Assembly (NCBI GenBank): GCA_902792555.1
Contig: CADAZW010000002.1
Coordinates: 7,480-71,479 of the forward strand
Direction: 5' to 3'
Source of the DNA: an uncultured Bacteroidales bacterium
Lineage (GTDB): Bacteria; Bacteroidota; Bacteroidia; Bacteroidales; Bacteroidaceae
DNA length: 64,000 bases
In this document: piece after piece, positions 1 through 9,893 of the stretch
Numbering within the stretch: the first letter of the stretch is position 1
Layout of the letters: each line of letters opens with the position of its first letter
The notes under the pieces: model-generated
The model's input: only the letters and a program-made list of their open reading frames with translations
The model's database searches: none
What the model was told of the DNA's origin: nothing
Translations under genes and position numbers: made by a program

Positions 1-71
1 GGGTGTCGGAAGCCATCTTGAATCTTAGCCCGTTGAGGTCTGCCTTGGCCTGCGGCAGCATGAGCATAAGG

Positions 72-581
72 CTACTTATGGATATCAAAATATATCTTGA
101 GATTCTCTTGACCATCGAAATTGACGTTGGGTTGGCTTACTGCCACGCGGGTTATGGCGTAGCGGAAGGTGGCGGAGGGTGTGCGGCTGGTGCAGGCGGT
201 GGCGGTGATGGAGTGGAAGACGCTTGTGCCGCACTCCAGCGAAACGACGTGGGGCTCATTGGTCTTGCTGACGATGAGGGTGTCGCTGATGCTGGCCTCG
301 CTGCCTTCTGGCGTGAAGCGGAATACCAGGGTGTCGGCCTCGCTGCCGTAGCTCATTGGTAGGCTGACCATTGCCTCATTGGTTGCCCGGTTGAGTATCA
401 CGGAGTCGCGCACGGCAATGGTGAGGGTGTCGCTGACGATCAGGCTGCTGTCGTTGGCGGCATCGTAGAATCCGCAGACGAGCCTCACCGAGTTGTTGAG
501 GGGGCAGTCGTTGGAGTTGCAGCCCAGCATTGCCAGGGCCACCAGCCAAATGCAGATGATATTTCTGATGAAATCTTTCAC
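72..581 (-). CDS. hypothetical lipoprotein (signal peptide plus lipobox ...LAMLGC)
   Basis: 169-aa ORF. The N-terminus MKDFIRNIICIWLVALAMLGCNSN looks like a type II signal peptide. No family recognised. Confidence 0.6.
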   Translation of the reverse strand: MKDFIRNIICIWLVALAMLGCNSNDCPLNNSVRLVCGFYDAANDSSLIVSDTLTIAVRDSVILNRATNEAMVSLPMSYGSEADTLVFRFTPEGSEASISDTLIVSKTNEPHVVSLECGTSVFHSITATACTSRTPSATFRYAITRVAVSQPNVNFDGQENLKIYFDIHK

Positions 582-605
582 TTATAGCATATTACAAATG
601 AATGC

Positions 606-1559
606 CTAAAGCTCTTCCTCAATCTGGTAGGAGTTGCGGCTGTTGGCATTGCGGCTGATGAGCTCGCCGATGAATCCGGCCAGGAAGAACTGGCTGCCCA
701 GCAGCATCATGGTCAGAGCAATGTAGAAATAGGGCGAGTCGGTAACGAGGCGTGCGGGCACTCCCTTGCTCAGGGCGTAGAGCTTGCCGGCGCCAACGAT
801 GATGATGGCCACAAAGCCGATGAAGAACATCAGCGAACCAAGGAATCCGAACACGTGCATCGGCTTGCGGCCGAAATTGCTGATAAACCAGAGGCTCATC
901 AGGTCGAGGTAGCCATTGACGAAGCGGTTGAGGCCGCCGAACTTGGTATGGCCAAACTTGCGGGCCTGGTGTTGGACCACTTTCTCGCCAATCTTGTCGA
1001 AGCCGGCATTCTTGGCCAGGTAGGGGATGTAGCGGTGCATCTCGCCATAGACTTCGATATTCTTGACCACGTCCTTGCGGTAGGCCTTGAGGCCGCAGTT
1101 GAAGTCGTGGAGATTCTTGATGCCGCTCACCTTGCGGGCAGTGGCGTTGAAGAGCTTGGTGGGCAGGGTCTTCGACAGCGGGTCATAGCGCTTCTTCTTG
1201 TAGCCGCTCACCAGGTCGTATTTGTCTTCGGTGATCATGCGGTAGAGCTCGGGAATCTCATCGGGCGAGTCTTGCAGGTCGGCATCCATGGTGATGACTA
1301 CATTGCCCTGTGCCTTCTCAAATCCGCAGAAGAGGGCTGCCGACTTGCCGTAGTTGCGGCGGAACTTGATGCCTTTCACCTCGGGATTGGCTTGACGGAG
1401 CTCCTGCACTTTGTCCCACGAATGGTCGGTGCTGCCGTCGTTGACGAATATGACCTCATAGCTGAAGCTATGCTCGTCCATCACTCGCTTGATCCACTCA
1501 AAGAGTTCGCCGAGGCTCTCCTCTTCATTAAATAGGGGTATTACGACTGAAATGTCCAT
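606..1559 (-). CDS. family 2 glycosyltransferase, polyprenol-phosphate sugar transferase type (GtrB/ArnC/DPM1-like)
   Basis: N-terminus VVIPLFNEEESL...VIFVNDGSTDHS, a DADLQD motif, and two C-terminal TM helices typical of this GT2 subgroup. Confidence 0.9.
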   Translation of the reverse strand: MDISVVIPLFNEEESLGELFEWIKRVMDEHSFSYEVIFVNDGSTDHSWDKVQELRQANPEVKGIKFRRNYGKSAALFCGFEKAQGNVVITMDADLQDSPDEIPELYRMITEDKYDLVSGYKKKRYDPLSKTLPTKLFNATARKVSGIKNLHDFNCGLKAYRKDVVKNIEVYGEMHRYIPYLAKNAGFDKIGEKVVQHQARKFGHTKFGGLNRFVNGYLDLMSLWFISNFGRKPMHVFGFLGSLMFFIGFVAIIIVGAGKLYALSKGVPARLVTDSPYFYIALTMMLLGSQFFLAGFIGELISRNANSRNSYQIEEEL

Positions 1560-1628
1560 GATTATCTTGTTTTATGATAGTTTCTTCGCACCGCGTTTCT
1601 TCGCCATAACATAATGCAGGTTTTCTGT

Positions 1629-2225
1629 CTATGGCTTAATCGAAGCGTTGTCTTGGTTGATGTCGGAGTTGCGTGTCTTGCCTATAAGGGCGGTGGGCAG
1701 CGATAGCAGCAACCCCAGGAAAATATTGACGTTGAACAGGCTGGCGGCAATGTCGGTGGGGCCGATGCTGCGCAGCATCTCCTCCAGGCTGTTGAATCCG
1801 CTCTGGGCTACGGCATTGTTGATGAAATCCCTCATGCCGCTTTGCTGCATGGCTTGCTGCATCTCCGGTGCGCTTTGCAGCGCTAAATAGGAGGATACGA
1901 AGTCGCCGCCGTCAAACCAGCGGAAATAGGCATAGGCTGCCAGGGCGAGTATGATGGAGGCGTAGAGGTAGAGCAGGGCGGAGTAGAGGTATGCCTTGCC
2001 GTAGCCTACGGGCTCGTCCTGACGCACCTGATTCTCAAACCTGCGGGCAAAATAGCACCCCAGAAACGGAGCGCTGATTATCACCATCATGCTGAGGGTG
2101 GAGAGCCCGCCGCCGCCCACGCCTTTTACTGCGCATAGGAATCCGAAGCACCAGTAGATGCCGAACAGGAGCCCGTCGAGCATGGCGAAGGCATTGGTTT
2201 GCCGCAGGGTGTCATTGCGTGTCAT
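1629..2225 (-). CDS. multi-pass membrane protein, DUF4199-like
   Basis: 198-aa ORF with 4 predicted TM helices. It sits next to the GT2 gene, as DUF4199 genes usually do in Bacteroidota. Family call is from memory only. Confidence 0.6.
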   Translation of the reverse strand: MTRNDTLRQTNAFAMLDGLLFGIYWCFGFLCAVKGVGGGGLSTLSMMVIISAPFLGCYFARRFENQVRQDEPVGYGKAYLYSALLYLYASIILALAAYAYFRWFDGGDFVSSYLALQSAPEMQQAMQQSGMRDFINNAVAQSGFNSLEEMLRSIGPTDIAASLFNVNIFLGLLLSLPTALIGKTRNSDINQDNASIKP

Positions 2226-2306
2226 AAGTGGAGCTGCTTGGTGCTGTTAACTTAAATCGATTGCAAATTTAACATAAATTATTAGAATCTGCGATATTTC
2301 GGCAGT

Positions 2307-5046
2307 TTATTTTTTCTTTGCTGCCAGTTCGGCCTTGATAAATGGCGCGGTTATGCTGCCTTTGGCTTTGGCCACCTGCTCAGGAGTGCCTTCAGCTACT
2401 ATCTGGCCGCCGGCATCACCGCCTTCGGGCCCCATGTCGATGATGTGGTCGGCTATTTTTATCACGTCGAGATTGTGTTCAATCACCACCACAGTGTTGC
2501 CCTTGTCAACCAGGCGCGTGAGCACTTGATTGAGTATGCGGATGTCTTCAAAGTGGAGGCCGGTGGTGGGTTCGTCGAGTATGTAGAGTGTGCGGCCGGT
2601 GTCGCGCTTGGAGAGCTCGGTGGCCAGCTTGACACGCTGGCTTTCGCCGCCGCTGAGGGTGGTGGACGATTGGCCGAGGCGGATATAGCCCAGGCCTACG
2701 TCTTGCAGGGTCTTGATCTTGCGCAGGATGTTGGGCACAGCCTCAAAGAAGTCCACGGCTTGGTCGACGGTCATGTCCAGCACGTCGCTGATGCTCTTGC
2801 CCTTGAAGCGCACCTCAAGTGTCTCACGGTTGTAGCGCTTGCCATGGCATGTCTCGCATGGCACCGTTACAGAGGGTAGGAAATTCATTTCCACCACCTT
2901 GTAGCCATTGCCCTTGCATGTGGGGCACCGCCCGCCGGGGGTGTTGAAGGAGAAACGCCCTGGCTTGTAGCCTCGGATGGCGGCCTCCGGCAGCTGCACG
3001 AACAGGTTGCGAATGTCGGAGAATACTCCGGTATATGTGGCGGGGTTGGAGCGTGGCGTGCGGCCTATGGGGCTCTGGTCCACGGATATCACCTTGTCGA
3101 TGTTCTCCAGTCCCTCGATGGCGGAGTAGGGCAGGGGGTCCTCCAGACTGCGGTAGAAATGCTTGCTCAGTATGGGCAGCAGGGTGTTGGTGATAAGGCT
3201 CGACTTGCCGCTGCCGCTCACGCCGGTTATGCATATCATCTTGCCCAGGGGTAGGGTGAGGGTTATATTCTTAAGGTTGTTGCCCGTGGCGCCGCTGAGG
3301 GTGAGGGTGAGACCGTTGCCCTTGCGGCGGGTCTTGGGCACGGGTATTTCCTTCTGGCCGTTGAGGTATTGGGCGGTGAGGGTGCTGCTCTTGAGCATCT
3401 CCAGGGGTGGGCCGCTGAATACTATCTGTCCGCCGTGGCGCCCTGCCATGGGGCCTACATCTACTATGTTGTCGGCATGGAGCATCATGTCCTTGTCGTG
3501 CTCCACCACGATAACGGTGTTGCCTGTGTCGCGCAGCGATTGCAGCGAATGGATGAGCCTCATATTGTCGCGCTGATGGAGGCCTATTGAGGGTTCGTCG
3601 AGTATGTAGATAACATTGACCAGGCCCGAGCCAATCTGCGTGGCCAGCCTGATGCGCTGGCTTTCACCGCCGCTGAGGGTGGCTGAGCCGCGGCTGAGCG
3701 AGAGGTAGCCCAATCCTACGTCGAGCAGGAATCGCAGGTGGCTGTTGACCTCTTTGATTATTTCTTCGCCTATTTTCTGCTGATTGGGAGAGAGCTTGGG
3801 CAGCAGCTCGTTTATCCACCTGTGGAGGCTTACGAGGTCCATTTCGCAGAGGTCGGCAATGTTTTTGCCGTCGATGAAATAGTGGAGCGCAATCTTGTTG
3901 AGGCGGCGGCCGTGGCATTCGGGGCACACCACCTGGCGGTTGAATTGCTCCACCCATTTCTCTGCACTGGCAGAGAGTTCGCCGTCGGCCATCTGCTGCA
4001 GATGCTTCACTATGCCGTTATACTTGATGAAATGGTCGTTGGTGGTGTGGATCAGTTCGGCAGGAATGCGTACATCGCGGGTGCTGCCTTGCAGGATCTC
4101 GTTGATGGCCTCGTCGGGAATCTCGCTGATGGGGGTGTCGAGGTCGCAGTCATATACCTTGAGCAGCGATTGTATCTCAATGAAAATAAGGGTGTTCTTC
4201 TTTTTTCCCAGAGGGGCAATTCCGCCGTTGGCGATGCTCTTGGTGCGGTCGGGAATCACCTTGTCGATATCGATGTCGTTGACCACCCCGAGGCCGTTGC
4301 AGTGGGGGCATGCTCCCTGCGTTGAGTTGAAGGAGAAATCGTGTGGTGAGGGGTCGCGATAGCTGAGGCCTGTCACTGGGCACATGAGGTGCTTGCTGTA
4401 GTGGCGGTCCTGGTTGGTGTCGGCATCGAGCACGGTAATCATGCCGTCACCCTGGCTCAACCTTATAGCGTGGCTTAAGCTCAATCATCTCGCCGTCAAC
4501 GCGGGCATAGATGAAGCCCTTGCGGCGGATGGTGTCGAAGAGTTCGCGGTAGTGGCCCTTGCGGTTGCGTACCAATGGAGCAAGGATGTAGATTTTGTGG
4601 CCGGCATAGTCGTGGCTGAGCATCTCAATGATTTTCTCCTCAGTGTATTTCACCATGCGTTCGCCGGAGGCATAGGAGTAGGCTTCGCCGATGCGGGCGT
4701 ATAGCAGGCGCAGGAAATCATAGACTTCAGTTACGGTGCCCACGGTGGAGCGGGGGTTGCGGTTGGTGGTCTTCTGACTGATGGAGATGACGGGCGAGAG
4801 GCCGGTGATTTTGTCAACGTCAGGCCGCTGGACATTGTCAAGGAAATTGCGGGCATAGGCGCTGAAGGTCTCGATGTAGCGCCGCTGTCCCTCGGCATAG
4901 ATGGTGTCGAATGCCAGGCTTGATTTGCCGCTGCCGCTGAGACCGGTGATTACCGTGAGGCGGTCGTGGGGAATGTGCACGTCAATGCCTTGCAGATTGT
5001 TGGCGCGTGCTCCGTAGATATCTATGTTGTTTGAAACAGAGTCCAT
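2307..5046 (-). pseudogene. uvrA: excinuclease ABC subunit A (UvrA paralog 1), interrupted by an out-of-frame internal deletion at 4447-4484
   Basis: ORF 4447..5106 carries the N-terminal Walker A (GLSGSGKSSLAFDTIYAEGQRRY); the likely true start is MDSVSNN at 5046. ORF 2307..4484 carries the rest (zinc modules CPxC/CxxC, LSGGEsQR signatures, second Walker A GVSGSGKSSL). The two frames overlap and about 30 codons expected between them are absent. Confidence 0.7.
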
Positions 5047-5199
5047 CTGTGTCTTTATTAAAATATGGAGACCCCTCTGCCTCCTCTCCATATGAGCAGG
5101 GGGCAAGGGGGCTCAGGAATATAGAAGATTGAGCATTGACTGTCGTCCTATTAACTCCTTGTTGACTTCCCTTCAATTTCTCGTTAACCTGTCAACCCG

Positions 5200-5966
5200 T
5201 CAGGTCGTTCCTGCGGCGGAGTTGTAGGTGTAACCTCTGAGCAGGCTGATGACCTGCCTGATATTATAATGTTTGCCGTCGGCTCCGCGGGCTTCAATCT
5301 TGAGGATGTAGACGCCGTCGGGCACATCCTTGCCATTGTGCTTGCCGTCCCAACCCTTGGTGATGTCAGTCCATTCATAGATTTTCACCCCCTGGCGGTT
5401 GAAGACGTAGGCGTGGAATGAGATGATGCTCCTGTAATCCTGCTTCACGCGCAGGGTGTCGTTGGGGCCTCCACGCTGAATGGAGTCTCCAACGCATATT
5501 CCACTGTGTCGGTGCCTTTTACGAAGCTTATCTGCAGCGATATATAGGATTTGCCAGTCTCCTTGAAGTCGTATTCAAAGTCGGCATCCGTACGGACGAG
5601 GTAGGGGTTTTGCTCCTGACCTGATTTATAGACGTGCCACTCATAGAGCGGGGTATAGTCCCCCAGGTTGGTCACATTGCTTGAGAAGGATACATGGATG
5701 GGCGCGGAGCCGATGAATTCTGTCACGTCCTGCAGGCCGGTGCTGTCGGTGACCTTCATCTTTGGCTCGGCGTTGGGTAAGTCGCCGTCGGCTTCGGGAT
5801 AGGTAGAGCCGGAGCGTGCTGAGCCGAAGCCGTCATTGTTGGCTGCGGGGGTGGCGGCAGGTGCGGTAAACTCGTCAGAGTCGGTACCGCATGCTCCCAT
5901 CAAGGCAAGGCTCAGTCCCAGCAGGAGCAGCAGGCTGGCTTGATGCTTGAATATTTTTCTTATCAT
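5200..5966 (-). pseudogene. secreted lipoprotein with PKD-like region and T9SS type-B (gliding-motility-associated) C-terminal sorting domain; apparent 1-nt frameshift near 5449-5476
   Basis: ORF 5445..5966 has a lipoprotein signal (LALMGACG). ORF 5200..5448 is a type-B CTD (YRSIISFHAYVFNRQGVKIYEW...GWDGKHNGKDVPDGVYILKIE). Shifting frame upstream of 5448 gives GGPNDTLRVKQDYRSI, which continues the CTD consensus. Confidence 0.6.
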
Positions 5967-6198
5967 ATATAATGTATTCGTTTATATCTAATTCTAATAA
6001 CTGCAAAATTACGCATTTATTGCGAAACGAGCCGGCCTTGGCGGAAAAAAGTTTGGTAATGATATAGATGTTGGCACAGATTACTCATAATGCAGCCAAT
6101 TCTGACTGCGTTAGTTGTATGTTTATTGCATAGCAGCGTTGATTAGAATATAATCCCATGAAGAAAGATTTTAATCCCGTGGAGCTGGCGTTTTCAAC

Positions 6199-6282
6199 GG
6201 GATTAGATTTCGTTTCAAGGCTTTTAGATTTCGTTTCAAGGCTTTTAGATTTCGCTTCAAGGCTATTAGTTTTGATTTCCAC
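6199..6282 (+). repeat. R1 array, locus 1: four tandem 21-nt units (GCTTTTAGATTTCGTTTCAAG type)
   Basis: Units at 6199-6219, 6220-6240, 6241-6261 and 6262-6282, read directly from the sequence. Confidence 0.9.
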
Positions 6283-6620
6283 GGAACCAAATTGCCCTGC
6301 ATATTAAATCGTCTGTTTTTCAACTCTTTAACCGAAACAATGCAGGAATGTATGCAAAAAATATTTTATTTTTTTATAGGCAATGACACAGATGTTGGCA
6401 CAGAGAGAGCATAACTATTGAGAGCATAACTATTTCGCAGAGACCGTAATCTGTGCCAACTGCTATATTGTTGCCAAAAGTTTTATTTCCATGACATAAG
6501 GATGAGGGAGCATGGCCAATTGCTGCGGCGGGTGCATGATATGCAATCGGGTGTATGGCTTGAGACATGAGAGCTCGTTAATACAATAATAAATGTATGT
6601 GTGTGGATTTTTTCGGGAGG

Positions 6621-6708
6621 TTATGCGGTTTGTTTGCGGCTATTTTAGTAATTTCGCATCCAAATTATGCGGCTTGTTTGCGGCTATTTTAGTAATTTCG
6701 CATCCAAA
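6621..6708 (+). repeat. 44-nt tandem duplication (2 copies, 1 mismatch) just upstream of the PBP gene
   Basis: TTATGCGG(T/C)TTGTTTGCGGCTATTTTAGTAATTTCGCATCCAAA at 6621-6664 and 6665-6708. Confidence 0.95.
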
Positions 6709-6718
6709 TACACAAGCT

Positions 6719-7804
6719 ATGAACATACTGACAAAAATCTTAATGTTTGCCTGCGTGCTACCTGCCATGGCTCAGGTTAAGGTGGGCGTGTTTCTTCCCT
6801 TCAAGTCGGGCGGTGCCATAGGAGAGAGCGCCGTGGAGTATTATCGCGGTCTGCTGATGGCCGTTGACTCGCTCAGTCAGGGCGGTCAGCAGTTTACCGT
6901 TACGGCGGCCCACAGCGGCCAGACGGCTCAAGATATGCAGGCCCTGCTCAACGAGAGCCAGAATGGGGTGTTCGATATTATCTTTGCCCCCTCCAATCAG
7001 GAACAGCTGAGGATTGTCAATGAATATTCGCGCCGCAACGGCACCAAGGTGGCTGTTCCTTTCGGCGGTGCATACGATGATTTCATCTCCAATCCGTCAT
7101 TCTATGCCCTGCGTGTAACCCAGACAGACTTCACTCCCTCTGCCTACCAGTTGATGATCAGTGCGCTGAAGGACAAGGTGCCCTATGTGGTATCGTGCAA
7201 CGGTGAAGCGCAGATATGCCCATTTGCCAACTATGTGAGCAAGTATGTGAAGGGCGCCAAGCAGCTGGAGTGGCCCAAGCAGGAGAAGAAGATTGTGCAG
7301 CTGATGGCTGATGAGAATGCAGTGCTCATACCCAGCATGTATGATGAGCAGACGCAGGCCACTATGCACTCGCTCTCCGCCAAGAGCGGCGGTGTGAAGG
7401 CTGCCATCGTGGGCTACCCTGCGTGGTACGACCGTGTGCAGACCGAGGCAGACCGCAAGGCCCTGTGTCAGATGAACGCCTATGTCATCCAACAGTATTT
7501 TCCGCGTTCAGACCTGCCGAGAGTAAAGAAGTTTGCTGCCATGTATAAGGATAATTTTGACCGCGACCTTCCTCGTGGACGGTTCTCCTTCCCCATGTGG
7601 GGCTTCGATACGGGCTACTATATGCTCAAGGGTTTTAGCCGCTATAAGATAGAGTTCTACGACCAGCAGGTCTATGCAGCGCCACTGCAGAGCGCGCTTC
7701 GATTCCATCCGCGTACCTCCCTGTCGGGCCTTATCAACACTGCCGTGCTTATGGTGCACTATAAGCCTGATGGTTCACAGGAACTGGTGGAGATGAGCGA
7801 ATAA
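6719..7804 (+). CDS. secreted periplasmic-binding-protein type I fold protein (LivK/Peripla_BP_6-like)
   Basis: Signal peptide MNILTKILMFACVLPAMAQ, then VKVGVFLPF...AVEYYRGLLMAVDSL, typical of PBP1 substrate-binding proteins. The ORF-track start at 6593 runs through a tandem repeat and is rejected. Confidence 0.7.
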   Translation: MNILTKILMFACVLPAMAQVKVGVFLPFKSGGAIGESAVEYYRGLLMAVDSLSQGGQQFTVTAAHSGQTAQDMQALLNESQNGVFDIIFAPSNQEQLRIVNEYSRRNGTKVAVPFGGAYDDFISNPSFYALRVTQTDFTPSAYQLMISALKDKVPYVVSCNGEAQICPFANYVSKYVKGAKQLEWPKQEKKIVQLMADENAVLIPSMYDEQTQATMHSLSAKSGGVKAAIVGYPAWYDRVQTEADRKALCQMNAYVIQQYFPRSDLPRVKKFAAMYKDNFDRDLPRGRFSFPMWGFDTGYYMLKGFSRYKIEFYDQQVYAAPLQSALRFHPRTSLSGLINTAVLMVHYKPDGSQELVEMSE

Positions 7805-7907
7805 GACAGTTTGCTGGGGAAGGCTTGATGTTCGGACATAACTGCTCATTTCGCCTCTTCTATCTGCCTGTGTGTGCACCGCGGTGCCATCAACGATATT
7901 ATTATAC

Positions 7908-8636
7908 ATGAAGAATAAGAGAATAGTCTTTCTTTCAGTTGCACTGTGGCTGGTCGCCTTGTGCAAAGCTCAGATTGGTGAGCCGCGTCATGTGTTGAGC
8001 CTTGGCGCCAATGCCGGCGTGGCTATCAATAGCGTGGATTTTGATCCGACCATCAAGCAGAAAATGCATGTCGGTCCCTCGCTGGGCCTGTCGCTGAAAT
8101 ATGTCAGCGAGAAATATTTTACCACCTACTGCGCCCTATACACAGAGCTGAACTATACGCAGCTCGGCTGGGAGGAGGACATACGTGATGACCAAGGCCA
8201 GTCGATAGGCGACACCTACAGGCGCAATGTCAGTTACATCCAGTTGCCCGTTTTTGCCCGGCTGGCGTGGGGTAAGGAGCAAAAGGGCCTTCAGTTCTTC
8301 TTCCAGGCTGGCCCGCAGATTGGATTCTGCATAGGCGACAACTCTAAGCGCAGCAGCCAATGGACCACTGACGAGCAAGGCGTTCCATTGCGCCCCAACA
8401 ATGTGGTGGCACAGTATGACCTTGACATTGAGCGCAAGTTTGACTATGGCATAGCCGGTGGACTGGGACTGGAATACAATTCGCCGGTAGGACACTTCAT
8501 CTTTGAAGGCAGATACTATTACGGCCTTGCCGATATGTTTGGCAATAGCAAGAAGGACCCCTTTGCACGCTCCGCCAACGGCACCATCCATGTGAAGCTG
8601 GCTTACCTGATGGACCTGCAGAAGGTGAAAAATTGA
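7908..8636 (+). CDS. outer-membrane beta-barrel protein (porin/PorT-like family)
   Basis: Signal peptide MKNKRIVFLSVALWLVALCKAQ, alternating beta-strand pattern and an aromatic C-terminal region. Confidence 0.7.
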   Translation: MKNKRIVFLSVALWLVALCKAQIGEPRHVLSLGANAGVAINSVDFDPTIKQKMHVGPSLGLSLKYVSEKYFTTYCALYTELNYTQLGWEEDIRDDQGQSIGDTYRRNVSYIQLPVFARLAWGKEQKGLQFFFQAGPQIGFCIGDNSKRSSQWTTDEQGVPLRPNNVVAQYDLDIERKFDYGIAGGLGLEYNSPVGHFIFEGRYYYGLADMFGNSKKDPFARSANGTIHVKLAYLMDLQKVKN

Positions 8637-8648
8637 AAATTGCACTTT

Positions 8649-9830
8649 ATGGCTCCCATAACACTTTACGAGCTCAACCGTATGGTGAAGGAACTCATTG
8701 CAGACTCCTTCACCGACAGCTATTGGGTAACGGCTGAATTGAGCGAGGTGCGTGCGGCAACCCGTGGCCACTGCTATCTTGAGCTCGTGGAGCAGGGAGA
8801 GCACAGCGCTGCTCCGATAGCCAAGGCGCGTGCCGTGATTTATTCTAACCTCTTTCCCTTGCTCAAGCAGACCTTTGAGGAGGCTACGGGGCAGGTCTTC
8901 CGCTCTGGGCTCAAGGTGCAGCTGGAGGTTAGCATCAGTTTCCACGAAGCCTACGGCTATTCGTTGGTCGTGAGGGATATAGACCCAACCTACACTCTTG
9001 GCGCTATGGAGCAGCTGCGCAGGCAGATTCTCCTCCAGCTGGAGCGCGAGGGAGTACTGGAGATGAATAAAGATCTGGTCCTGCCGCGTCCCTTGCAGCG
9101 CATAGCCGTCATATCATCAGCTACCGCTGCGGGTTACGGCGACTTTTGCAATCAGCTTGACAACAATGCCCAAGGCTATGCCTTCCGCCATCAGCTGTTT
9201 CCCGCCCTTATGCAGGGTGACGGCACAGCCCGCTCTGTCATCGGTGCCCTTGAAGCCATTGCTAACGAGAGCGACAGGTGGGATGCTGTGGTTATAATCC
9301 GTGGCGGAGGAGCCGTAAGCGACCTGGCAGGCTTTGAGAATTACGACCTGGCTGCCAACTGTGCGCAGTTTCCGCTGCCAGTGATTGTAGGTATCGGCCA
9401 TGACCGCGATACCACGGTGCTGGACTTCGTGGCCAACACCAGTCTTAAGACTCCTACTGCCGTGGCAGCATTTCTCATAGAACGTATGGACGAGGAAGCA
9501 GGCATCCTGCGCAACTATGAGCGCATAGGCCAGCTGGCGGTCCGATTCCTGGAATCCCGTCGCGGTCAGGTGCAGCAGCTGGAGTTGGGACTGCGCTCCG
9601 CTCTGCGCCAGTATATGCAGACGCTCCACTATAGTCTCGACACCTTTGAGAGGGCCATAGCCCACTACGACCCGGTCAACATACTACGACTCGGCTACAG
9701 TATCACCCGCCTCAACGGTAAGGCTGTCGCCTCCGTTTCCGCCCTTGCCGACGGCGATATGCTCACTACTCAGTTTGCCGACGGTACTGCCACGAGTGTC
9801 GTTAAAAAGCGGGAAGTCAATGGGGCGTGA
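8649..9830 (+). CDS. xseA: exodeoxyribonuclease VII large subunit
   Basis: N-terminal OB-fold region (YWVTAELSEV...GHCYLELVE) and the catalytic region IIRGGGAVSDL...PVIVGIGHDRD. Confidence 0.93.
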   Translation: MAPITLYELNRMVKELIADSFTDSYWVTAELSEVRAATRGHCYLELVEQGEHSAAPIAKARAVIYSNLFPLLKQTFEEATGQVFRSGLKVQLEVSISFHEAYGYSLVVRDIDPTYTLGAMEQLRRQILLQLEREGVLEMNKDLVLPRPLQRIAVISSATAAGYGDFCNQLDNNAQGYAFRHQLFPALMQGDGTARSVIGALEAIANESDRWDAVVIIRGGGAVSDLAGFENYDLAANCAQFPLPVIVGIGHDRDTTVLDFVANTSLKTPTAVAAFLIERMDEEAGILRNYERIGQLAVRFLESRRGQVQQLELGLRSALRQYMQTLHYSLDTFERAIAHYDPVNILRLGYSITRLNGKAVASVSALADGDMLTTQFADGTATSVVKKREVNGA

Positions 9831-9893
9831 ACGCGAAGTCAACGATAAGAAATTAAAGCTTTACGGAAAAAGGTTTTTCAACTGATAAGAAAT

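Noticed and set aside
6085-6282. Small ORFs translating as ..KSKSLETKSKSLE.. (also 18547..18729, 35083..35337, 42961..43194 and 43038..43340)
   Set aside because: They are read-throughs of the R1/R4 tandem arrays. The periodic peptide is a by-product of the DNA repeat.
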